64,000 nt of DNA from Thermoplasmatota archaeon (GCA_030018475.1 JASEFT010000001.1:15111-79110), one strand, 5' to 3'. Positions 36,213 to 44,925 are shown, counted from the first letter of the stretch. Translations and numbers: made by a program. The notes: generated from the letters alone by a model not told the origin.

Positions 36213-39200
36213 CTATTTTATTAATTGCTTTTTCATTAATTGCTTTTTCAAACTATAAATGTATGTGGCTCGGCGCTTTTTACTCCTTCTCCTTAGCTCC
36301 CTCAATCCTAAAGTTATAGTTATCGCTACAGCAATTGCTACTACTATGTATAGATATATATTCCAAAACTCTATAAAGCTGACTTCGAATTTTTGAATGA
36401 AAACGTTATTGTCTTCGTTAAGCTCTGGGAACCTGTTTTCGGGATCGAGCTCTATTCTTAATATATAACTTCCTGGTTTAGCATACCATGTAAACCATAG
36501 GTAGACGACTTCATTCGCCATTAATACTGAAATTTCTTCACTCTTAAAAAGAGCATCATTTTCATATAACGATACCAGCACATTTTGCATTGTAATATTA
36601 CCTTCGTTAGTTATACCTACCCTTATTCTCACCTCTTCACCAGCCTTAGGATTTAAATTAGAAATTTTTATATCTGCAAATTTAAAATCAGGTAGTAGCA
36701 GTATTAGTTTAAGAGTAATTTTTTTGACTAAACTATTATTGCCGCAAGATTGTATTAAAAGCTCAAACTCATAGCTAAAATTATCTATCTTAAAAGGTAT
36801 ATGTACTCGTACAGAAATATTTTTACGCTCGCTTAAATTTAACACTGAGCTTGTATTCTCTAACCATCCAAAATTGCTTATTAACAAAATAATATCTTTT
36901 CCATTACCTAAATTTTCCACTTCAATATTGTACTTTACTGTTGTGTTTGGTGCTCCCGCTACTACCGGCTTTTCACATGCAATATTAAAATCATAATATT
37001 GAGCCACTTCAATTGTAATATTCAATATAAAACTAACATTTTTGGCGCTAACGTTAAGTTCTAAATAATATTCCTCCTCAGCAGACGCTGCTCTTGGAGC
37101 GAAAATCAATATTTCCAAATATTTTAGCTCGTTAGGAAGTATTGAGAAATTCAAGTATGAAAGACTAACTTCCCAGTTAGGTGGCTTTGCTAATAGCTTG
37201 AATTTAAGTAAATTTTCTACGTTACCATTATTTTTGAAGCCCAAATTTAAACTTTCGTTTTTGCCAGGCTCTATAACAAAAGTCTTGTTATAAATTGCAG
37301 TAATATTATAAATTGGAGCTACTATTGCAGTCAAAATAATATTGCCAGTGTAGTTTTCTAGCTTTGAAGTTAAATTGACTTTCAAACACTCGCCACTAAT
37401 TGCATTTTCAGGTACTTTTAGGTATAGATAAATTAGAGACTTAGCTCCTGTGGCTAAATAAATTCTATCTTCAGATAGGGAAGCGTTCCATAAGGTAGTA
37501 TTAAGTTCAAAGTTGATTTCGCCGCTTCCAACTAGGTTCCAAACGTTAATTGTATAGTTTAGAGTGGCACCAGGGACTGCGTATTTAGTAGCTTCATCAC
37601 AAGACAAATCTATTGTAAAATTCTTGATCCCAGTGTAGGTTGTAACGTAATCTCTTTTGGTACTGTCGTATTTAGAAAGCGCTCTTACTTTTACCTCTGC
37701 AATTCCTTTATCAGCTTCAGGTGCTTTAACGCAAAGGTAAAAATATTTAGTTTCGCTATGCTCTAATACCAGTTCGTAATCGCTAAGTGATGAATCCCAG
37801 CCGAATGGCACACTTACCTGAATTAAATCCAGAAGGTAGACATTATCTCTGCGATTTCCTCTATTCTGAACCGATATAGTGTAATAAGCTATTCCACCCG
37901 CTTCTACAATACTGCTACTATACTCACATTCTAAAGCCAGATTGTAGATCGGAATAATACTTGTAACTGTCTCTATAGAATCCTCGATATTGCCATAATT
38001 AGAGTGGGCTATTACTAAAATATAAGCTTTAGAGTTAATATCTGGGGTACTAGCAGTAACTGTTAAATTCACAGTTGCATCCTTTCTCGGCTCTAAAATT
38101 AGAGCTGTTAAGTTTAGGGAAGCACTCCAGTTGAGGGTATCAACCTGCTGATTAGAGAACTCCCATCTCAGCTCTATATTATCAACTCTGCTACCTAGAT
38201 TTTTTAAAATAATAGTGTAATTAACAGAGGAGTTAAAATTTAACTCTTTAGAATTAATTTCGCATTCGAGCTTTAGTTGATAACGCTCTTTCTCAGGTCT
38301 AGTATAATAAATATCGAAATCTCCGTCAAGATTATCATGCCAGAATATGTTAGTAGTGTTATCAAGACAGAGCGTGGGGCAATCTGACACGCAAATATTA
38401 GTATATGTTACTCTTTCGCAGTCCCATGTAATGCCATTATAACTCACTCCAAGATAGATTTCAAAATTACCTGGTGTACTATCAGACCATACTACATAAA
38501 TACCTGTATCGTTTACTGCAATTGCCGGGTTTTTAGAATCGCCGCTAGTAGTTGTAAGCTTTTTTTGCTCTAACGCAGTTAAATTAGCCCAGTAAATCTC
38601 CCAATTACCATCTCTGTTATCTTGCCATACTATCCAAGCATCGGTTTCATTTGCTGCAATTGCTGGCTTTTCTGAACAGCTTAAAGTGTTAGTTACTCTT
38701 CTTTCAGTCCAGCTCAAGCCTTTATCGGTACTAAAACTACAATATATATCCCAAGTATACAAATCTTCAGATTCTTGCCAGGCGACATAAACACTATCGT
38801 TCCAGCATGCTATTGCAGGGTTCTTAATATAATAACCATAGGCAATAGTATAGGCAGGAGACCAATTATCGCCGTTATCGCTGCTGTTAGCAAGGCGAAT
38901 ATAGCACTGATCGTGCCATACTATGTACAGCTCGGTTTCGTTAAGCGCAATTCTTACTTCAGAGCAATATGCTGAAATTATCGTCTTAGGATAGAAATCC
39001 CAGCTAGAGCCATTCGTACTACTTCTCAGATAATATATAAAATTGCCTTTGACCCAAACAATATGCACATAATTTTGCCATACAGCAATTGCTGGCGAAC
39101 GACCCAAGGAAGAGGCAGGTATATTTACCTCTTCCCATACGCATCCCGAAGAGCTACTTCTATTATACCTAATGCCCTGAGCATCTTCCCAAACTACATG

Positions 39201-39380
39201 AACATAATTTTTCCAGCTTGCTGCTGCAGGATGCATTGAGCTGACTGTATTATTAGACAAATTCACAGGATCTTCCCAGGTTGTTAGTCTGTTAGAACTA
39301 CTCAGAGCTACGAGAGTAATATTACTGACAACTATAGAACTTAAAACAGCCAGTACAATTACAAATTTATGCACAGTCAA
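36213..39380 (-). CDS. BNR/Asp-box beta-propeller surface protein with CARDB-like domains and C-terminal TM anchor, 1055 aa
   Basis: Asp-box motifs (SSTNGSSWD, SSDNGDNWS, STDKGLSWT). C-terminal TM plus basic tail (IVVAIAVAITITLGL-RELRRRSKKRR). Confidence 0.75.
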   Translation of the reverse strand: MTVHKFVIVLAVLSSIVVSNITLVALSSSNRLTTWEDPVNLSNNTVSSMHPAAASWKNYVHVVWEDAQGIRYNRSSSSGCVWEEVNIPASSLGRSPAIAVWQNYVHIVWVKGNFIYYLRSSTNGSSWDFYPKTIISAYCSEVRIALNETELYIVWHDQCYIRLANSSDNGDNWSPAYTIAYGYYIKNPAIACWNDSVYVAWQESEDLYTWDIYCSFSTDKGLSWTERRVTNTLSCSEKPAIAANETDAWIVWQDNRDGNWEIYWANLTALEQKKLTTTSGDSKNPAIAVNDTGIYVVWSDSTPGNFEIYLGVSYNGITWDCERVTYTNICVSDCPTLCLDNTTNIFWHDNLDGDFDIYYTRPEKERYQLKLECEINSKELNFNSSVNYTIILKNLGSRVDNIELRWEFSNQQVDTLNWSASLNLTALILEPRKDATVNLTVTASTPDINSKAYILVIAHSNYGNIEDSIETVTSIIPIYNLALECEYSSSIVEAGGIAYYTISVQNRGNRRDNVYLLDLIQVSVPFGWDSSLSDYELVLEHSETKYFYLCVKAPEADKGIAEVKVRALSKYDSTKRDYVTTYTGIKNFTIDLSCDEATKYAVPGATLNYTINVWNLVGSGEINFELNTTLWNASLSEDRIYLATGAKSLIYLYLKVPENAISGECLKVNLTSKLENYTGNIILTAIVAPIYNITAIYNKTFVIEPGKNESLNLGFKNNGNVENLLKFKLLAKPPNWEVSLSYLNFSILPNELKYLEILIFAPRAASAEEEYYLELNVSAKNVSFILNITIEVAQYYDFNIACEKPVVAGAPNTTVKYNIEVENLGNGKDIILLISNFGWLENTSSVLNLSERKNISVRVHIPFKIDNFSYEFELLIQSCGNNSLVKKITLKLILLLPDFKFADIKISNLNPKAGEEVRIRVGITNEGNITMQNVLVSLYENDALFKSEEISVLMANEVVYLWFTWYAKPGSYILRIELDPENRFPELNEDNNVFIQKFEVSFIEFWNIYLYIVVAIAVAITITLGLRELRRRSKKRRATYIYSLKKQLMKKQLIK

Positions 39381-39485
39381 TTTATTGTGCTCAGTTGTAT
39401 ATAATATTTGCGACTATGCTGAGCAATTTTGCGCCCTTATTTGACAATTTAGAAATTATATACTTGTATATCCATGTATATCTAA

Positions 39486-39695
39486 GTGAAGGAATGCTCT
39501 ATTAGAGGTTCAGTACGTGGAGAGTATAGAATCGTACAAAGAGGAATCTCTACAAAAGAGTTGCGAGAGACTATACTAAAAGGTGCTAAGACAGTGAAAT
39601 GGAATAGAATAATATCAAGATACAAAAAACTTGAGGTTGTATGGAAGAAATTGCCCTGCTTGTATTTTGTGATAACGACCTATTGGAGGGAATAA
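39486..39695 (+). CDS. small basic hypothetical protein (possible toxin-like partner)
   Basis: 69-aa ORF overlapping the start of the downstream Zn-ribbon/AbrB gene. No recognised motif. Confidence 0.25.
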   Translation: MKECSIRGSVRGEYRIVQRGISTKELRETILKGAKTVKWNRIISRYKKLEVVWKKLPCLYFVITTYWRE

Positions 39696-40027
39696 GATGG
39701 AATGTCCTATCCGCCAAAAAGGAAAACTTGTATCAAAAAAAAATTGACTACTTGTATGAGGATTTGTATCTTGGTAAGTTCGAGGCGGATGTATGCAACC
39801 AATGCGGCGAGGCTTTCTTTACAGAGAATGCTATGAATAAAATAGAAAAGAAGGCAAAAGAGATAGGAATACGGGGTCTGGAGCGAAAAACAAAGATCTC
39901 AAGGTCCGGGAACTCGCTCATTATCCGAATACCGAAAGCAATTGCTGAGTTCGTTGGTGCAAAGGATGGTACAAGTGTCACCATTCGACCCGGTGGTAAA
40001 AGTAAACTTATCGTGGCAATGGAGTAA
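39641..40027 (+). CDS. YgiT/MqsA-type zinc-ribbon plus AbrB/SpoVT swapped-hairpin DNA-binding protein (antitoxin-like)
   Basis: VCNQCGEAFF...IEKKAKE zinc-ribbon half-motif. C-terminal SGNSLIIRIPKAIAEFVG AbrB-type motif. An A9 homopolymer at 39735-39743 separates an alternative MECP... start. Confidence 0.55.
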   Translation: MEEIALLVFCDNDLLEGIRWNVLSAKKENLYQKKIDYLYEDLYLGKFEADVCNQCGEAFFTENAMNKIEKKAKEIGIRGLERKTKISRSGNSLIIRIPKAIAEFVGAKDGTSVTIRPGGKSKLIVAME

Positions 40028-40039
40028 AACACGTATCCC

Positions 40040-40431
40040 CTATACTCGTTCCACAATTCCCTTCTCCGCATCCACAACCAGCTTATCGCCCGTTTTAATC
40101 TGCTCTATTTTAATTTTATCAACACATGGTATGCCTGGTAGGATCACACCGGTAGCAACGATAGTTTCGGTTTCTTCATTTATAATCGCTCTCGGCGCTA
40201 CACCATTCTTTTTCAAGCCGTAGATCGCATAAGAGCCTGCTGTAGAGCCCTTACCGCATGGGAACACCAGTATCTTATCCTTAACACATTTGCCCTCGAG
40301 CTCGTGCCACTTTTCTATTCACGGTACCTGTCTTTGCATCTATCCCGCCGTAAAAACCAAGAGGCTCTTTTGAAACGAGCGCTTCACCTTCTGCTTTTCC
40401 TGGACAGATTGTTCTCCCTCTCATAATAACC
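40040..40431 (-). pseudogene. phosphomevalonate dehydratase small subunit (aconitase X swivel, DUF126), frameshifted
   Basis: N-terminal part MRGRTICPGKAEGEALVSKEPLGFYGGIDAKTGTV stops after ...GQMC. The C-terminal part continues in another frame (KILVFPCGKGSTAGSYAIYGL...). A single extra A in gtgaAtagaa (plus ~40318-40325) accounts for it. Confidence 0.6.
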
Positions 40432-40850
40432 TCGCTATCAGCTCATCAATATTTTTGAAAACAACCTTCTGCTTGCAAAAACTAGGCAGATAATTTGCAG
40501 CCTTGCCTGAATTGACACCTGTGGTTTTGTAGCCTATTCTTTCAATAGGTGAAACAACCATGCAAGTATCTGCAACTATTTTACTCCCGGCATTTTCTAC
40601 AATCTTCGTATAACCCATTCTGTTAGCGCATTCCTTCATAACCCTTGAGGTGCAAATCCATAATGGTTTCTTCGGTTTTTTTCCCTTTTAGCTTCTCAGC
40701 TAAAACAGATATTTCTCTTAATGAAGCGTGCGGACAACCAAGAACCACAATATTCGGATCTTTACCTGTGTTCAGTTTCTCATAAGTCTCCTTTACAAAA
40801 TGCTCGTTAAACAAAATCACCTTCCCAAAGCCCCAGCCTTCTCCCATCAA
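40421..40850 (-). pseudogene. phosphomevalonate dehydratase large subunit (aconitase X, DUF521) C-terminal fragments, N-terminally truncated and frameshifted
   Basis: Two adjacent ORF pieces (..GCPHASLREISVLA..; ..ECANRMGYTKIVEN..). They cover only ~140 of ~390 aa. The 5' end abuts the transposase remnant. Confidence 0.55.
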
Positions 40851-40866
40851 ACCTCACCGTGTGATA

Positions 40867-41037
40867 ATGAATTTGAAACGGAAAAAGTTTTTTATCTCTG
40901 CACAGATTGGAGAAATAGAAAGATTTGCTAACTCAAAGAAATTATGTTCTGATGCAGGACTTGTTCCTTCATTAAAACGATCTGGAGGCTACTTAAAAAT
41001 GGGACATATACCAAAACCGAGAAGAAAATGGAGGTGA
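40867..41037 (+). mobile_element. IS110-family transposase C-terminal remnant (Transposase_20-like)
   Basis: FISAQIGEIERFANSKKLCSDAGLVPSLKRSGG matches the IS110-family (l)aeiGdisrF...laayaGLvP...SGg signature. It is truncated by a stop, and no N-terminal DEDD domain is present. Confidence 0.5.
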
Positions 41038-41177
41038 AAATTAAGTACTCATAATCATATTGATGTAACAAAAAGGGAGCCATCAGGGGTGACGGGGGTT
41101 AAATACGTGGAGTGAATGTAGGTGTTTGGAGTAAATAGTGATAAACTAAGAGCCAACCAACAGCCCAATTTTACCTA

Positions 41178-41675
41178 CTACTTTCTTTCTATTTTTTCCT
41201 GTTTCTTTATAGACTGAACAAAAATATGATATCTTGCTATTATGTGATGAAGTGTGATCTCGCCTATGATAACGTCATTCTCCGTTACTGGCAGGCGCCT
41301 CACGCCGTATCTTGACATCAAATCCAGTGCAGCTTTAATTGTAGTTTTTGGGGCGCATTTGATAAGCTTCTTTGACATTATGCTACCTGCAGTTGCTTCG
41401 TGCAGGGTTCTAACATCAGGTATGCCGAAAACATAAGATGGCAGCTTCTTAGGCGCGAGAATTGACAGAATATCGTGTTCCGTTATCACGCCAACCAATT
41501 TTTTAGTTTCCTTACTTTCGACAACCCAAACGTGGCTCTTCCCGCTCAAAACAGCTAACACGTGCTCCACATCTGTATCCTTTTCAATTAAAGGCAGGTC
41601 CCACAAACGCTTGTCCATAATTTCTTCTACCGTAAATTTGTAGAACTCGGGCACAACCACTTTTTCTTCATGCAT
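41178..41675 (-). CDS. tandem CBS-domain protein
   Basis: Two CBS repeats. 165 aa. Downstream of and co-oriented with the antiporter gene. Confidence 0.75.
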   Translation of the reverse strand: MHEEKVVVPEFYKFTVEEIMDKRLWDLPLIEKDTDVEHVLAVLSGKSHVWVVESKETKKLVGVITEHDILSILAPKKLPSYVFGIPDVRTLHEATAGSIMSKKLIKCAPKTTIKAALDLMSRYGVRRLPVTENDVIIGEITLHHIIARYHIFVQSIKKQEKIERK

Positions 41676-41704
41676 ATACTTCCCCTCTACCGACTTTTTA
41701 TGTA

Positions 41705-42928
41705 TTAAACCTTCTCCTTCTCTTTCTTTTCTTTTCTAATCATTTTCAGGGCTTTAACTAATAAAGGAGGTGTGATAAGAGTGGTAACGATAATCATGAT
41801 AAGTATAGCGGATGCTATATTCGAGCCTATAATCTTATAGTCCAATGCAAATTTGAGCAATATTAGTTCTACGCCCGCTCTTGGTATCATGGCAATACCA
41901 ACAGCAAAGGACTCGCGCCCGCTAAATTTAGATATCTTAGCGCCACCACCACAACCTACAATCTTACCGATTATTGCGACAATTAGAAGAACGACTGCGA
42001 ATAGCCCGATGGTTAAGAATGCGCGAACATCGAACTTCGTACCCATGAAAACAAAAAAGATAGGTATGAAAAAAGCACCACCGATCAACGATACGTGTTC
42101 TCTAACCTCAGCAGCCAAGCGGGACTGTCCAACAACCAAGCCTGCCACAAAAGCGCCAACAATAGATGCCAGCCCAATTTCTTCTGTTATCAGCCCGAAG
42201 AGTAAAACCACGATTAAGCCCAACAACAGAACGCTTTCCTTTCCTAGATGTATTTTTTCTGAGAATTTTCTAAACCCTTTTATTCCCAAAGTAAGAGCTA
42301 TCAGGAAAAATAGTACAACAAAAACAACAAGTAGAGATATTCTTGCTAGAGGTATAGTACCAGTTACCACGATACCCACAAGAGCGCTTATCATTACTAC
42401 GCCTATCACATCATCTACCACTGCTGCGCCCATAATCAACGTGCCAAGCCTAGTTCTTAACATTTTCAATTCTGTAAGAATTGAGGCGTTGACTCCAACC
42501 GATGTCGCCACTAGACTAACGCCTAGATATAGCGCGATGATAGTAGAAAAACCAAAAAAGATTGCCACCAAATAACCGAGTAGAAATGGAAAGATCACGC
42601 CTAAGGAAGCGACAACGCTTGAAGCAATTTCAAGCCTTTTAAATTCTTCAAAATTTATTGCCAAGCCCGTAGAAAATAGTAATAGGATTATGCCGATATC
42701 TGCAAGATGAGACATTATCTTTAGGTCATCTTCGGTGAAAATAAGGCTCTGCAGGCTTTGGATATCTACAAGCTGAGGTATAGGACCTACCAAAACGAGA
42801 TAGCCTAGGTTCCCAAGAATCATGCCCAAAATTATTTCACCAAGAATTACCGGCTGTTTTATTGCTCTTGACAATATTCTCCCCAATCCCACGGCAATGA
42901 GGATAATCAAGAGACTCAGGATAAACAT
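41705..42928 (-). CDS. CPA2-family monovalent cation:proton antiporter (Kef/NapA-like)
   Basis: 407 aa with ~12 TM and glycine-rich TM pattern (ILGEIILGMILG). Paired with the CBS protein. Confidence 0.7.
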   Translation of the reverse strand: MFILSLLIILIAVGLGRILSRAIKQPVILGEIILGMILGNLGYLVLVGPIPQLVDIQSLQSLIFTEDDLKIMSHLADIGIILLLFSTGLAINFEEFKRLEIASSVVASLGVIFPFLLGYLVAIFFGFSTIIALYLGVSLVATSVGVNASILTELKMLRTRLGTLIMGAAVVDDVIGVVMISALVGIVVTGTIPLARISLLVVFVVLFFLIALTLGIKGFRKFSEKIHLGKESVLLLGLIVVLLFGLITEEIGLASIVGAFVAGLVVGQSRLAAEVREHVSLIGGAFFIPIFFVFMGTKFDVRAFLTIGLFAVVLLIVAIIGKIVGCGGGAKISKFSGRESFAVGIAMIPRAGVELILLKFALDYKIIGSNIASAILIMIIVTTLITPPLLVKALKMIRKEKKEKEKV

Positions 42929-43307
42929 GCGGCGCCTTCTATTCTGAAATATTAATTGGTGGATTAACTTTTGTTTTATTAAATTTTGTTATGGAAATGG
43001 ACTCTCCGAAAAGAATCTTGCTGGGGGTTACCAATTGTCGTTTCTAGAATTTAAAACCCTATTATTGTTTGCCTAGGTTGACCTCCGCAATCTGTTCCCC
43101 CCTTCAACTCCAACTTCTGGACTATCACTCCACTGCGCCCATTTGTTTGAAGCATGCGTGGGCAGAATTTTGATATACTAAGAAATCAATCCAGTTAAGA
43201 ACAGAATTAAATTCAATTCGATGAGATTGTCGGCTTATAAGTGTTTAGAAGTGATAAAACAGTACCTCGATTTTAAATACTATATCCAAAGACATTTTGA
43301 AGATAAA

Positions 43308-44033
43308 TTAGAAAGGTTTTAATCCATGGAACTTGCAGGTTTGTACAGAAACTATATTTCGTAGCTCTAACAGTGAATTTATTTTTATTATTGGGCTTTT
43401 TAATGAGCTAGAGCTCAAGTTGCTGGAAAATAATATTGGGATCATACCGACAGCTCTTGCGCCTAAAATATCGCGCTCAATCGAATCGCCAATATAAAGC
43501 GCATTTCGAGGCTCACATTTTGCTTTCTTAAGTGCAATTTTAAAAATTTTCTTGGAAGGTTTTCTAACCCCAACTTCTTCAGAAGTAGTTATAGAATCAA
43601 AAAATTTCAGTATTTTTAGCGCTTTTAATTGCTCGTGAAGATAGGCATTATCTACATCTGATATAAGCCCCAAATGAAGTTTTTTAGCTTTTATATTTCT
43701 TAATATAACTCTTGCACGTTTGTTAAGCCGTACGTTTTTCAAATGAGCTTTGAGATACTCTTCCCAAAACCAATCGTAGTCAGGAATTTTATTTTCTTCT
43801 TTTAATATTTGTGAGAATGCGTTATTTATGTTCTTCAAGCCATGCGATTGCTCATACTTTAAAGGGTTTGGGTAAGTATGGGTGCAGTATTCGTATTTTT
43901 CTACTAGCTCTTTTATTGGCGCTCTAAGATTGTATCTCCGTTTTACGGCTTTCATTAGTTTCCAATGAGCTTTCCTATCACTCTCGGTGCTCATAAGAGT
44001 ACCGCCAAAATCAAAAAACACAGCTTTTACCAT
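43308..44033 (-). CDS. HAD-superfamily hydrolase
   Basis: Motif I FFDFGGTL (atypical: the second Asp is Gly), motif II LGLISDVD, motif IV YIGDSIERD. 241 aa. Confidence 0.6.
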   Translation of the reverse strand: MVKAVFFDFGGTLMSTESDRKAHWKLMKAVKRRYNLRAPIKELVEKYEYCTHTYPNPLKYEQSHGLKNINNAFSQILKEENKIPDYDWFWEEYLKAHLKNVRLNKRARVILRNIKAKKLHLGLISDVDNAYLHEQLKALKILKFFDSITTSEEVGVRKPSKKIFKIALKKAKCEPRNALYIGDSIERDILGARAVGMIPILFSSNLSSSSLKSPIIKINSLLELRNIVSVQTCKFHGLKPF

Positions 44034-44038
44034 TTATC

Positions 44039-44464
44039 TCACTCTCTAAACCACAATGTATTTTTTATTTCATCGCAATCTAAGGAGAGCCATTTTTTGT
44101 CAATGAAAAGGGCTCTTTCGGCAAGGATTCTCAGAAAAATCACTGAGCTACAATCATAGCAATAAATTTCGTAAATCAGCCCTTTAAGGATATCTGCCTG
44201 CTTAACTCCTAAATCTACATTTTCGCCTTCCTCTAATACAAATCTTTGTACTTCACATTTTGAATTCTTAATTGTTTCTTCTGCGATAAGCGCTATTTCT
44301 TGAAAAATTACATCCAAAAACTCTTCACTAGGCTCTAGATTCACAGAACCTATTCTGTAATTATTATCTTTTTTCATTAGAACATTAAACCTTTGCTTGA
44401 GCCTCTTATCGTCTTTGAATTTAATTTCTATTGCCGGGAATAATCTTTCTACGAATTGGCACAT
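44039..44464 (-). CDS. hypothetical protein
   Basis: 141-aa ORF. No motif recognised. Confidence 0.35.
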   Translation of the reverse strand: MCQFVERLFPAIEIKFKDDKRLKQRFNVLMKKDNNYRIGSVNLEPSEEFLDVIFQEIALIAEETIKNSKCEVQRFVLEEGENVDLGVKQADILKGLIYEIYCYDCSSVIFLRILAERALFIDKKWLSLDCDEIKNTLWFRE

Positions 44465-44562
44465 TCTAAAAACTATAATATACTGGAACGTTTATTTAGC
44501 TATCGCGATTTAGCTATCAAGGAAAAACTTCGTTTTTCCTCTTATCATTCGCCTCTGCTTAC

Positions 44563-44856
44563 GCGGGCTCATGAGGTAAAGGATAGCCTACCAGGCTTCG
44601 GACCAGCCCTTTCTTTTCTCTTAAAAAGAGAAAAGAAAGCGACTGGCGGGAAGAAAAGAGAAACAAGGGATTACTTCGTAATCCCTTAATAATACGAAGA
44701 TTGCTACGCAATTACTAGTACTAATTGCGTAGTAACTAACGAAAGTTCTTTTCTTTTTCCTGGAGAGACCTGGAAGTCGGGGTTCGATTGGCGTTGAGGC
44801 GCTTCACGCCTCAACTCATTTTCAAGGCTATGTCTCGAAAATCCCCGTGAGCCCGT
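44563..44856 (+). ncRNA. candidate structured ncRNA, copy A of a two-member family (unknown function); lies upstream of orc1/cdc6
   Basis: Terminal 11-bp helix (GCGGGCUCAUG/CGUGAGCCCGU). Perfect hairpins with loop AAAAA, UUCG (GGGAUUACUUCGUAAUCCC), CTAGTAC, and GUUGAGGCG-CUUCA-CGCCUCAAC. A closing helix around the central hairpins. Homologous to 8460-8745(-). An upstream ctataatata box and an extra UUCG hairpin lie at 44521-44539. Confidence 0.55.
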
Positions 44857-44895
44857 CTAAAAAGCGATCTCGTTCAACGCAGTTCACACATTACA

Positions 44896-44903
44896 TTTAT
44901 AAT
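44896..44903 (+). promoter_or_regulatory. TATA-box-like element for orc1/cdc6 (leaderless transcript likely)
   Basis: tttataat lies ~25 nt upstream of the ATG at 44926. Confidence 0.35.
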
Positions 44904-44925
44904 CCCACAACTACTTTTCCTCTGT

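Noticed and set aside
41853-42575. 240-aa plus-strand ORF antisense to the CPA2 antiporter
   Set aside because: Low-complexity Thr/Pro/Ile-rich translation of the complement of a TM-rich gene. The sense-strand antiporter is clearly real.
43308-44033. HAD hydrolase with motif I DFGGT instead of DxDGT as a possibly inactive enzyme
   Set aside because: The nucleophile Asp is present and the remaining HAD motifs are intact. Variation at the +2 position occurs in bona fide family members, so there is no strong case for inactivity.
44465-44925. Classical archaeal oriC with ORB/mini-ORB inverted repeats upstream of orc1/cdc6
   Set aside because: I could not find ORB-like repeats flanking an AT-rich unwinding element. 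There is only an 11-bp direct repeat (atttagctatc x2 at ~44487 and ~44503) and the hairpin-rich element. The origin remains possible but unsupported.
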